DNA from: Chiloscyllium plagiosum
Lineage: Eukaryota
Direction: 5' to 3'
Length of the DNA: 20,000 bases
NCBI RefSeq assembly: GCF_004010195.1
Contig: NW_025215293.1
Span: 67,287 to 87,286 of the forward strand
Both the position numbers and the translations under genes were made by a program. Shown piece after piece: positions 10,534 to 19,351 of the stretch (position 1 is its first letter; every line of letters starts with the position of its first letter). Below the pieces are notes generated by a model that did not search any database, was not told where the DNA came from, and saw only the letters and a program-made list of their open reading frames with translations.

Positions 10534-11220
10534 TCATCGACATAGTTTGACCATCCATGAAAGGGAATAATTCATTACATTTCTCAACTCCTCTCTAATC
10601 CTCCTCTGGGTTACAGTGTAAATAAAATTATTTGTGCAGCAGCTTAAACGCTGATGCCAATTTCTCAAACGAACGCTGGTACAGAAACAGAATATTCCAA
10701 GTAATCTAGTCGTCTCAATATAGAACAAACCATGAACACCACCCACAGCAGAACAAAGTTCCCCGATATCACAAACAGCAGAACAAAGGATTTCCTTCGA
10801 CTGCCCATCTCTGGGTCACTTTGACTCTCAATGTTGCTCCGATACTGAAGTCTCTTGCGTGCTCTGCTGGCCATTAATATGTGCCTGACCGTCATTGCAT
10901 TGAGGAGAAGAATTAGAATAAATGGAACGAATGGTGTTAGTATGTAATGGATTAATTCAACGATGGCCCAGACCAGTGAATGGGATACTCTGAGAGCCAC
11001 ACGGCAAAACCAAGAACTGTTTGAAAGCCAATATTCACGTGTGTATGGAAAATACCAGAAAATGTTTTTCACAAAGCACAACCCTGTCACTGTTCCTATG
11101 ACCACAGTTGCTGTCTTTTCAGTGCAATATTTAGATTTCAGCTCCTGGCAAGAAATGACCACAAATCGATCAAAGGTGAAAGTTACAGTGAACCAGACAG
11201 AACTGTCTGGCTGCACAAGG
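10534..11220 (-). pseudogene. Class A GPCR pseudogene fragment (TM3-TM7), GPR139/GPR142-like
   Basis: SVWFTVTFTFDRFVVISC (DRF motif), ILTPFVPFILILLLN, LLFVISGNFVLLW, and in a second frame LSCCTNNFIYTVTQ..REELRNV. Premature TGA at 10667-10665, frameshift near 10655, no TM1-TM2. Confidence 0.88.
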
Positions 11221-11592
11221 GAATTGCAGGGTGGTTTTTTGGAGCAGTTTGTGATGGAGCCCACAAGGGAGCAGGCTATTCTGGTCTTAGTGCTATGTAA
11301 TGAGCCAGACTTTATGAAAGATCTTAAAGTAAGGGAACACTTAGGAGGCAGTGAACATAATATGTAGCGTTCAGTCTGTAGTTTGAAAGAGAGAAGGCAA
11401 AATCAGATGTAATGGTTAAATAAAAATAGTTACAGAGGCATGAGAGAGGAACTGATGAAAGAGCCTAGTGGGGAAGACAGTAGAGCAACAATGGCAGGGG
11501 TTTCTGGGTGTAAATGAGGACACAGGACAGAGGTTCATCCCAAGGAAAAGAAAGATTATCCAGGGAGGGGTTAGACAGCCATGGCTGACAAA

Positions 11593-11795
11593 ATTAAAAA
11601 TCACACAACAGCAGGTTATAGTCCAACAGGTTTAATTGGAAGCACTAGCTTTCGGAGCGTCACTCTTTCACTATCACCTGATGAAGGAGCGTTGCTCCGA
11701 AAGCTAGTGCTTCCAATTAAACCTGTTGGACTATAACCTGGTGTTGTGGGATTTTTAACTTTGTACACCCCAGTCCAACACTGGCATCTCCAAAT
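11593..11795 (+). mobile_element. Hairpin mini-PLE B (203 bp) with hammerhead and 13-bp TSD
   Basis: TSD CATGGCTGACAAA at 11580-11592 and 11796-11808; inverted arms 11588-11658 / 11694-11764 (68 of 71 match); tail 11765-11795. Confidence 0.9.
11675..11709 (+). ncRNA. Minimal type-I hammerhead ribozyme, intact core
   Basis: CAC-CTGATGA-A-GGAGC(GTT)GCTCC-GAAA-GC-TA-GTG; stem I CAC/GTG, palindromic AGCT stem III, predicted cleavage after 11706. Confidence 0.85.
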
Positions 11796-13770
11796 CATGG
11801 CTGACAAAGGAAGTCAGGAAACATATCAAAGAAAAAGAGAGAGTCTATAAAGAGCACTGGGAAATCATAAGATTGGGAAGGCTACAAAAACAAAGAGAGA
11901 AATAAGGATGGAGAGGATCAGATATGAAGGTAGGCGAGCCAGTAATATTAGAAATGATAGTAAAAGTTTCTTTCAATACATAGGAAACAAACGAGAGGCA
12001 AAAGTAGACATTGGGCCGCTCCAAGTTGATGCTGGAAGGCTAGTGATGGGAGATAAGGAAATAGCTGGAGAACTTAAATACTTTGTGTCAATCGTCACAG
12101 TGGGAGACAGGAGTAATATCCCAACAATTAAGGAGAGTCAGGGGGGAAAGTTGAGTGTGGTAACCATTACAAAAGAGAAAGTGTTAGAAAAGCTAAAAGG
12201 TCTAAAGATTGATAGATCCTAGACTCCTGACGGAGGTGGCTGAGGAAATAGCGGAGGTGTTGGTTGTGAACTTTCAAAAATCACTGGAGTCAGGGAAAGT
12301 CCCAGATGATTGGAAAATCACTGTTGTAACCCCTTTGTTCAAGAAAGGATCAAGACAAAAGGTGGAAAATTATAGGCCAATTAGCCTAACCTCAGTTGTT
12401 GGTAAAATTCTAGAATCCATCGTTAAGGATGAGATTTCTAAATTCTTGGAAGTACAGGTTCAGATTAGAACAAGTCAGCATGGATTTAGTAAAGGGAGGT
12501 CATGCCTGACAAACCTGTTAGAATTCTTTGAAGAGGTGACAAGTAGGTTTGACCAGGGAAACCCAGTGGATGTGGTCTATCTAGACTTCCAAAAGGCCTT
12601 TGATAAGGTGCCTCACAGGAGGCTGCTGAGTAAGGTGAGGGCCCATGGTGTTCGAGGTGAGCTACTGGCATGGATTGGGTATTGGCTGTCTGACAGAAGG
12701 CAGAGAGTTGGGATAAAAGGTTCTATTTCAGAATGGCAGCCAGTGACAAGCGTATCCCGCAGGGTTCAGTGTTGGGGCCGTAGCTGTTCACTTTATATAT
12801 TAATGATCTGGATGAAGGGACTGGGGGCATTCTGGCGAAGTGCTCCAATGATACGAAGTTAGGTGGACAGGCAGGTAGTACTGAGGAGGTGGGGAGGCTG
12901 CAGAAAGATTTAGACAGTTTAGGAGAGTGGTCCAGGACATGGCTGATGAAATTTGACATGAGCAAATGTGAGGCCTTGCACTTTGGAAAAAGGAATACAG
13001 GCATGGACTATTTTGTAAACGGTGAGAAAATTCATAAAGCCAAAGTACAAAGGGATCTGGGAGCGCTAGTCCAGGATTCCAGGATTCTCTAAAGGTTAAC
13101 TTGCAGGTTGAGTCCGTGATTAAGAAAGCGAATGTAATGTTATCATTTATCTCAAGTGGGTTGGAGTGTAAAAGCAGCGATGTGCTCCTGAGACTTTGTA
13201 AAGCTCTATTTAGGCCCCATTTGGAATACTGTGTTCAGTTTTGGGCCCCACACCTCAGGAAGGACATACTGGCACTGGAGCATGTCCAGCGGAGATTCAC
13301 ACGGATGATCCCTGGAATGGGAGGTCCAACATACGAGGTACGGCTGAGGATCCTCGGATTGTATTTGCTAAGAGTTGAGAAGGTTGAGGGGAGATCTAAT
13401 AGAAACTTACAAGATAATGCCTGGCCTAGAAAGGGTGGACACTTGGAATTTCCGTTAGGCGGAGAGACTAGGACCCGTGGGCACAGCCTTAGAATTAGAG
13501 GGGGTCAGTTTAGAACGGAAATGAGGAGACATTTCTTCAGCCAGAGAGTGGTGGGCCAGTGGAATTCATTGCCGCGGAGTGCAGTGGAGGCCAGGATGTT
13601 AAATGTCTTCAAGGCAGAGATTGATGAATTCTTGACCTCGTAAGGAATTAAGGGACACAGGGAGTGTGCGGGGAAGTGGAGTTGAAATGTCCATCAGCTA
13701 TGATTAAATGGCGGAGTGAACTCGATGGGCTGAGTGGCCTTACTTCCACTCCTATTTCTTATGGTCTTAT

Positions 13771-13960
13771 CCAGCCTCTACTTATCACTCAAACCCTCCA
13801 GTCCTGGAAACATCCTTGTAAATACTTTTTCTGCAGCCTTTCTAGTTTAACAATATCCATCCTATAGCAGGGCGACCAGAACTGTGTGAGTACTCTAAAG
13901 TTGGCCTAACCAATGCTCAGTTCAGCCGCAACATGACATCCAAACTCCTATACTCCATGA
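13771..13960 (-). mobile_element. Old CR1 fragment; continues at 15981-16090 after the PLE insertion
   Basis: Antisense of the LYxxLVRPxLEY..QFWSP region; colinear with CTCAATG..CCAATGAAGG..CCAAATGCCATCTTCACC at 15981 onward. Confidence 0.7.
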
Positions 13961-14058
13961 AAATCCAAAAGAATTGTGGATGCTGGAAATCAAAAACAAA
14001 AACAGAAATTGCTGGGAAAACTCAGCAGGTCTGGCAGCATCTGTGGAGAGAAATCAGA

Positions 14059-14094
14059 GTTAACGTTTCAGGTCCAGTGACTCTTCTTCAGAGC
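14059..14094 (-). ncRNA. Minimal hammerhead ribozyme (degenerate stems)
   Basis: Minus strand GCT-CTGAAGA-A-GAGTC(ACTG)GACCT-GAAA-CG-TT-AAC. Confidence 0.65.
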
Positions 14095-15102
14095 TGATGG
14101 TAGCCAGGGGAAATGGTGGTTTCTGTCAATAAATAGGGTGGGGGTTCGGGGGTTAGGACTAAACAATAGGTGGAAGCAGAGGCCAAAGAGAGAGAAAAAC
14201 AGTTGGACAGACAAAGGAGTGCATAACAGTCAGCCTGGGAGAAGTAATATCTGCTAATGGGAACTATTAGTGGCTAATAATGGGTTGCGTGTAATAACAG
14301 ACCATGTGATAACACGGCCTGGCGTGTGGAGGTTGGGGAAAGTGCGGATGAGATGCTCAGACCCTAAAGTTGTTGAATTCGATATTGAGATGAGAAGGCT
14401 GTTCAGTTCCCAAGCGGAAAATGGGGTGCTGTTCTTCCAGCTTGCACTGAGCTTCACTGGAGCACTGCAGTGAGCGTGAGACAGTGATGTTGGCCCGGGG
14501 ACAGGACACTGTGTTAAAGTGGCAGACAACTGGAAGCTCAGTGTCCTTTGTTGGAGGGAACAGACTTTGTTGGAGGGAACAGACTTTGTGGAAGGCTGCA
14601 AGGGAGGGTGTTCGACATCTGTATATCTATTTCTGGAGATAGGCTGGCCACCAACATCCACTACAAACCAACCCACTCCCACAGTTACCTTGAATATACA
14701 TCCTCACACCCCGCACCCCGTATTCCACCCTCTCAGTTCCTCTGGCTCCATCGCACCATGAGGCCAGATTTGACAAAAGGGCTCTCCGAAACATCCACCT
14801 TCTTCCCTCAACCGAGGATTTCTCCACACTAGGACCCTCAGCCGGGTCTTACCCATCTCCCTCACCCCCGTTCTCCCCTCCCACAATAATGACGGCGTCC
14901 ACCTTGTCCTTACCTACCATCCCCCAGCATCCACATCCAATGGATCATCAGCCGTCATTTCCACCACCTCCAGGGAGATACCAGACACGTATTCCCCTCC
15001 CCTCCCTCGTCAGCCTTCCACAGGGACCGTTCCCACTCCTCCTTCACTCCCAACACCGCACCCCTCCAGCCCCAAAGTACCTTCTCTGCAACCACAGAAG
15101 GT

Positions 15103-15282
15103 TTTTGCAAGGTTTGTGAAGGTTTGTAGCTCAGGTTGAGGTTTAGGGTGTAGGTTTGCTCGCTGAGCTGTAGGTTTGATATCCAGACTCCACTTGGAGG
15201 TCGCCACTGATGATGTTACCTAGCCAGGTAATGAAACGTCTGGATGTCAAACCTACAGCTCAGCGAGCAAACCTACAGCCTA
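15103..15282. mobile_element. Hairpin mini-PLE C (about 180 bp) with hammerhead and 13-bp TSD, Poseidon-type pLTR
   Basis: TSD AACCACAGAAGGT at 15090-15102 and 15283-15295; inverted arms 15140-15188 / 15238-15286 (47 of 49 match); related to the pLTRs at 8700-8790 and 19260-19351. Confidence 0.88.
15204..15243 (+). ncRNA. Minimal type-I hammerhead ribozyme, intact core
   Basis: CCA-CTGATGA-T-GTTACC(TAGCCA)GGTAAT-GAAA-CG-TC-TGG; stem I CCA/TGG, predicted GUC cleavage after 15240. Confidence 0.82.
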
Positions 15283-15609
15283 AACCACAGAAGGTGTAAC
15301 ATCTGTCGTGTACATCCTCCTTCCTCAGTATCCAAGGGCCCAAACACACCTTCCAGGTGAAGTAACGCTTTACCTGCACTTCACTCAGTCTAGCCTACTG
15401 CATTCGCTGCTCACAATGGTGTCCCCTCTACACTGGGGTGTCGAGGGTACACTGGGGTACACTGGAGTGTAGACTGGGCAATGTGGAAAATGGCAGCTTT
15501 GTGGAACACCTACATTCTGTCCACAAAGAAGACCCTGAGACTCCAGTCGCCTTACCCCCTCACCCCACCCGGTCTTCTGCATAAAAACAATTTTTCTGAG
15601 CGATCGTCA

Positions 15610-15641
15610 GTTCTGAGGAAGGGTTGACCTGAAACGTTAAC
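15610..15641 (+). ncRNA. Minimal hammerhead ribozyme in the Neptune pLTR
   Basis: GTT-CTGAGGA-A-GGGTTGACCT-GAAA-CG-TT-AAC; stem I GTT/AAC; stem II loop shorter than in the 14059-14094 copy. Confidence 0.7.
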
Positions 15642-15666
15642 ACTGATTTCTCTCCACAGACGTGCC

Positions 15667-15945
15667 ACCTCACAGCACCAGGGTCCTGGGTTCGATTCCA
15701 GCCTTAGGTGACTATCTGTGTGGAGTTTGCACATTCTCCCCGTGTCTGTGTGGGTTTCCTCCGGGTGCTCCGATTTCCTCCCACACTCCAAAGATGTGCA
15801 GGTCAGGGTGAATTGGCCATGCTAAATTGCCCGTAGTGTTAGGTGCATTAGTCAGAGGGAAATGGGTCTGGGTGGATTGCTCTTCGGAGGATCGGTGTGG
15901 GACTGGTTGGGCCATAGGGCCTGTTTCTGCACTGTAGGGAATCTT
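15667..15945 (+). mobile_element. 5'-truncated HE1-type SINE inserted into the PLE pLTR
   Basis: CCTCACAGCACCAGG..GGTTCGATTCC..GTGGAGTTTGCACATTCTCCCCGTGTCTG, aligns to 6880-7194; the pLTR resumes at TGCTGAGTTTTTCCAGCAATTTCTG (15947). Confidence 0.88.
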
Positions 15946-16099
15946 GTGCTGAGTTTTTCCAGCAATTTCTGTTTTCGTTCCTCAATGTAATGCTCTGGAC
16001 CAATGAAGGTAATCGCACCAAATGCCATCTTCACCATTTGTGATGTTACTGTCAAGGAGTTATAAACCTGCAGCCTTCGGTCCCTCTGAAATACTCTAA

Positions 16100-16720
16100 T
16101 CCCATTTTCCAACACTTGCCCCATAACCCTATACCCTTTGCATCAGAAGTGCATATTTAAATACTTGTTAAATAAAACCATTTAAAAAAAGGAGGGGCCA
16201 TTCGGCCCTTGAGTCTGTAGTGCCATTCAATAGGATCGTGGTCGATCCTACAATCCACACATTCAATTTCCTGCCTTTGCACTTAATTCCCCCACCTATC
16301 TCTCTCTCTCAGCCTTAAGTAAACACAAGGACTCTGTTCCCACATCTCTCTGTGACAAGCATCACCAAAGACTCTCAACCCTCAGACAAAAGCAATTCCT
16401 CTTCATCTGAGTCTCACACTGGAGCCCCTTTATTCAGAGACTGTGCCCCTCTGGTCCTAGACTCTCCCCCGAGTGAAAGCATCCTGTCAAGCCCCTGAAG
16501 CAGCCGATATGTTTCAATGAGATTCCCTCTGCCACAGTGAGTACAGCCCAATCCTGTTTGACCTTTGCTCAAAAGCCAATCCCTCCAAACTGGGATCATC
16601 TGAATGTATCTGCTCTGAACTGCCTCCAATGGAAGTTATACAATTTTTCCCTTCGGGACTGAAACTGCCCACATTACTCCCAATGCAGTGTGTACAGGTG
16701 CAGGAAGACTTGCCTTCTCT
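16100..16720 (-). mobile_element. Two old CR1 3' fragments
   Basis: MEAVQSRYIQMIP..RGNLIETYRLLQGLDRM..GGESRTRG; 3' UTR-like GGCCATTCGGCCCTTGAGTCTG at 16196. Confidence 0.75.
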
Positions 16721-16721
16721 T

Positions 16722-18060
16722 AGACCATAAGACCACATGATATAGGAGCAGAATTAGGCCATTCAGCCCTTTGAGTGTGCTCTGCCATTCGATTATGGTT
16801 GATATGCTGCTCAACTCCATTCTCGCACCTTCTCCCTGTAACCCTTGATCCCCCCTCACCATAGAACAGAGAACATAGAACATTACAGCCCAGTACATGC
16901 CCTTCGGTGCTCAATGTTGCACTGACCTGTGGAACAATCTGAAACTTATCTACCCTACACAATTCCATTTTCATCCATATGTTTATCCAATGACCATTGA
17001 AATGTCCTTAAAGTTGGCGAGTCCACTACTGTTGCTGGCAGTGAATTCCACACTATTCTCTGAGTAAAGAAACTACATCTGACATTTGTCCAATCAAGAG
17101 CCTATCCATCTCTGTCTTAAATACACTCAATGACTTGGCCTCCACAGTTCTCTGAGGCAATGAATTCCAGAGATTTACCACCGTCTGGCTGAAGAAATTC
17201 CACCTCATCACAGGGTTGTCTCTTCACCCCTGAGGCTGTACTCCGAGTGCTGGTCTCTCCTGCTAATGGAAACATCTTCTCCATGTCCATGGTGCCCAGG
17301 CCTGTCAGTATTCTGTCAGATCCTCCTTCATCCTTCGGAACTGACAGAATACTGACAGGCCTGGGCACAGTGGACATGGAGAAGAGTTCTTAACCGCTCC
17401 TCATATGCTAAGCCCTTCATCTCCAGGATCATTCTTGTAAACCTCCTCTGAAAACTCTCCAAAGCCAGTACATTCTTCCTTAGAAAGCGGGCCCAAAACT
17501 GCTCACAATTTTCCAAATGCAGCCACCCAGAGTTTAATACAGCCTCAGCAGTACAACCCTGCCCTTGTATTCTGGCCCTCTTGAAATGAATGCCAACACT
17601 GCATTTGTGTTTCCAACTACCATCTGAACCTGCATGCTAACCTTAACAGAATCCTGAACTAGGACACTGAAGCCCCTTAATGCTTCATACCCCGGATGTC
17701 TTTCCTCATTTAGAAAACAGACTGTCCCTCTCGTCTTCCTACTGAAGTGCATGCCCTCACACTTTCCCACATTGTATTCCATCTGCCCTTCTTTGCCCAC
17801 TCTCCTCGCCTGTTCTTCAGCCTCCCTGCTTCCTCACACGACCTTTCCCTCCACCTATCTTTGTGTCATCCGCAAACTTAATAATAATGTCCTCACTTCC
17901 TTGGTCCAGAGTGCTAATGTATAACGCGAATAGCTGTGGGCGCAACACTGATCCCTGTGGATCTCCACCAGTTACTTTAGCCCTACTCTCTGCCTTCTGC
18001 CAGTCAGCCAATCCTCTATCCATGCCAGTATTTAGCCCCTAACAGCATGGGCTATTGTCT
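16722..18060 (-). mobile_element. CR1 LINE (RT to 3' end) with a further CR1 3' fragment nested at 16861-17089
   Basis: GDPQGSVLRPQLFALYI..KFADDTKIGG and QFWARFLRKNVLALESFQRRFTRMI; tails at 16722-16745 and 16861-16882. Confidence 0.88.
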
Positions 18061-18064
18061 TATT

Positions 18065-18539
18065 TTGATCTTTATATATTCCAACCCCCTTGAAGTAAGG
18101 TCCAACACTCCATTTGCTTTCCTGATTTGCTGCTGCTCCTCTGTGTTAGCTTTCTGTGTTTGATGTGCAAGTCCCCGCAAAGTCCCCTTGTGTTGCAGCT
18201 TTCTGCAGGTTTTCTCCACTTAAATATTAACCTGTTCGCCCTTGTTCACCCTGAACGTTTTCTCTGGTTTTCCAATTTCTTGACTACCAACTTGATCTGT
18301 CACTATCTCTCTGTAAACTATCTGCATACCTCTCACAACTTGCCTTTCCCTATATCTTTGTGTCGTCTGCAATTGTGGCTGCAGTACATTCACTTCCTCC
18401 CCCCAGGTCATCAATATTTATTGTAGACAGTTACAGTCCCAGCACTGACCCCTGTGGAGTCCCAGTGGTTACAGGTCACCAACCCGATAAAGTGGCCCTT
18501 AACCCACTGATCCCTGTCCATCGTCCAATTCTTTGTCCA
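18065..18539 (-). mobile_element. Heavily decayed CR1 RT fragment(s)
   Basis: Antisense of PVTTGTPQGSVLG and of ADDTK (TTTGTGTCGTCTGCAA at 18357-18372). Confidence 0.7.
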
Positions 18540-19351
18540 CGCAAACGAAGCTGCATCAGGACACTATTCAAAAGGGCCACAACACACTCCAGTACACCAG
18601 AACTGCAAAAAGAAGAAGAGGAACACCTATACAAGGTATTCACCAAAAACGGATACCCGCGCAACTTCATCAACAGATGCCTAAGAGAAAGACCATGGAA
18701 CGAGAACATACCACAACCAAAAGGACTAGCCACACTACCATACATCAGGAGCATCCCAGAACTGACAGCCAGACTACTGCGACCCCTAGGACTCATAACG
18801 CCACACAAACCAACAGCCACGCTCAGACAACAACTCACCAGAACGAAGGACCCGATACCCAACATGAGCAAGACGAATGTAGTGTACAAAATACCATGCA
18901 AGGATTGCACAAAACACTATATAGGACAAACAGGAAGACAGCTAACAATCCGCATACATGAACATCAACTAGCCCCGAAACGACACGACCAGCTATCCTT
19001 AGTAGCCACACACGCAGACAACAAGCAACATGAGTTCGACTGGGACAACACTACTATCATAGGGCAAGCCAGACAGGGAACAGCCAGGGAATTCCTAGAG
19101 GCATGGCATTCATCCACAAACTCCATCAACAAACACATCGACCTGGACCCAATATACCAACCACTACAGCGGACAGCTGAAACTGACAACCGGAAGCGGC
19201 AGGGACAGACCACTATAAATGCCGGAGCAAACATCAAAGAAGCGCTTCGCAGGAGGCTCCCAAGCACTGATGATGTCGCCCAGCCAGGGGACGGGCGAAC
19301 AGAACCACAGCAACGAGCACCCGAGCTACAAATCTTCGCACAAACTTTGAA
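18540..19351 (+). mobile_element. Young 5'-truncated Penelope/Poseidon-type PLE: RT thumb, linker and GIY-YIG endonuclease, uninterrupted frame
   Basis: KRSCIRTLFKRA..NGYPRNFI..LPYI..NVVYKIPCKDCTKHYIGQTGRQLTIRIHEH..REFLEAWHS; ends in pLTR tail CCCGAGCTACAAATCTTCGCACAAACTTTGAA. Confidence 0.93.

Larger units (their letters stand above)
11222..13770 (+). mobile_element. CR1 LINE, about 2.3 kb of ORF2 (endonuclease C-terminus, RT) plus 3' UTR, frameshifted
   Basis: EPTREQAILVLVL..LGGSEHN, NYRPISLTSVVGKILE, YLDFQKAFDKVPH, RPHLEYCVQFWAPH; tail TCTTATGGTCTTAT at 13757-13770. Confidence 0.96.
13961..15980. mobile_element. Neptune-type PLE with inverted structure (minus-strand 3' end joined to plus-strand RT thumb, GIY-YIG and pLTR)
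   Basis: Plus: FDICISISGDRLATNIHYKPTHSHSYLEYTSSHP, zinc-finger CNHRRCNIC (split by an insertion), YCIRCSQ..LYTG. Minus: KLEEQHPIFRLGTEQPSHLNIEFNNF. Matching pLTRs in inverted orientation at about 13985-14094 and 15610-15979. Confidence 0.82.

Noticed and set aside
10665..11264. 199-aa ORF as an intact GPCR gene
   Set aside because: The start lies in antisense CR1, TM1-TM2 are absent, and TM7 is behind a stop in another frame.
10963..11367. 134-aa plus-strand ORF
   Set aside because: Antisense of the GPCR fused to a CR1 endonuclease fragment.
11593..11795. Classical DNA-transposon MITE or terminator reading of the three hairpin insertions
   Set aside because: Asymmetric tail, 13-14-bp TSDs, hammerhead cores and (for C) homology to pLTRs of GIY-YIG-coding copies favour a PLE origin.
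13071..13087. CCAGGATT tandem as a programmed frameshift site
   Set aside because: A simple 8-bp duplication among many disabling indels in this CR1.
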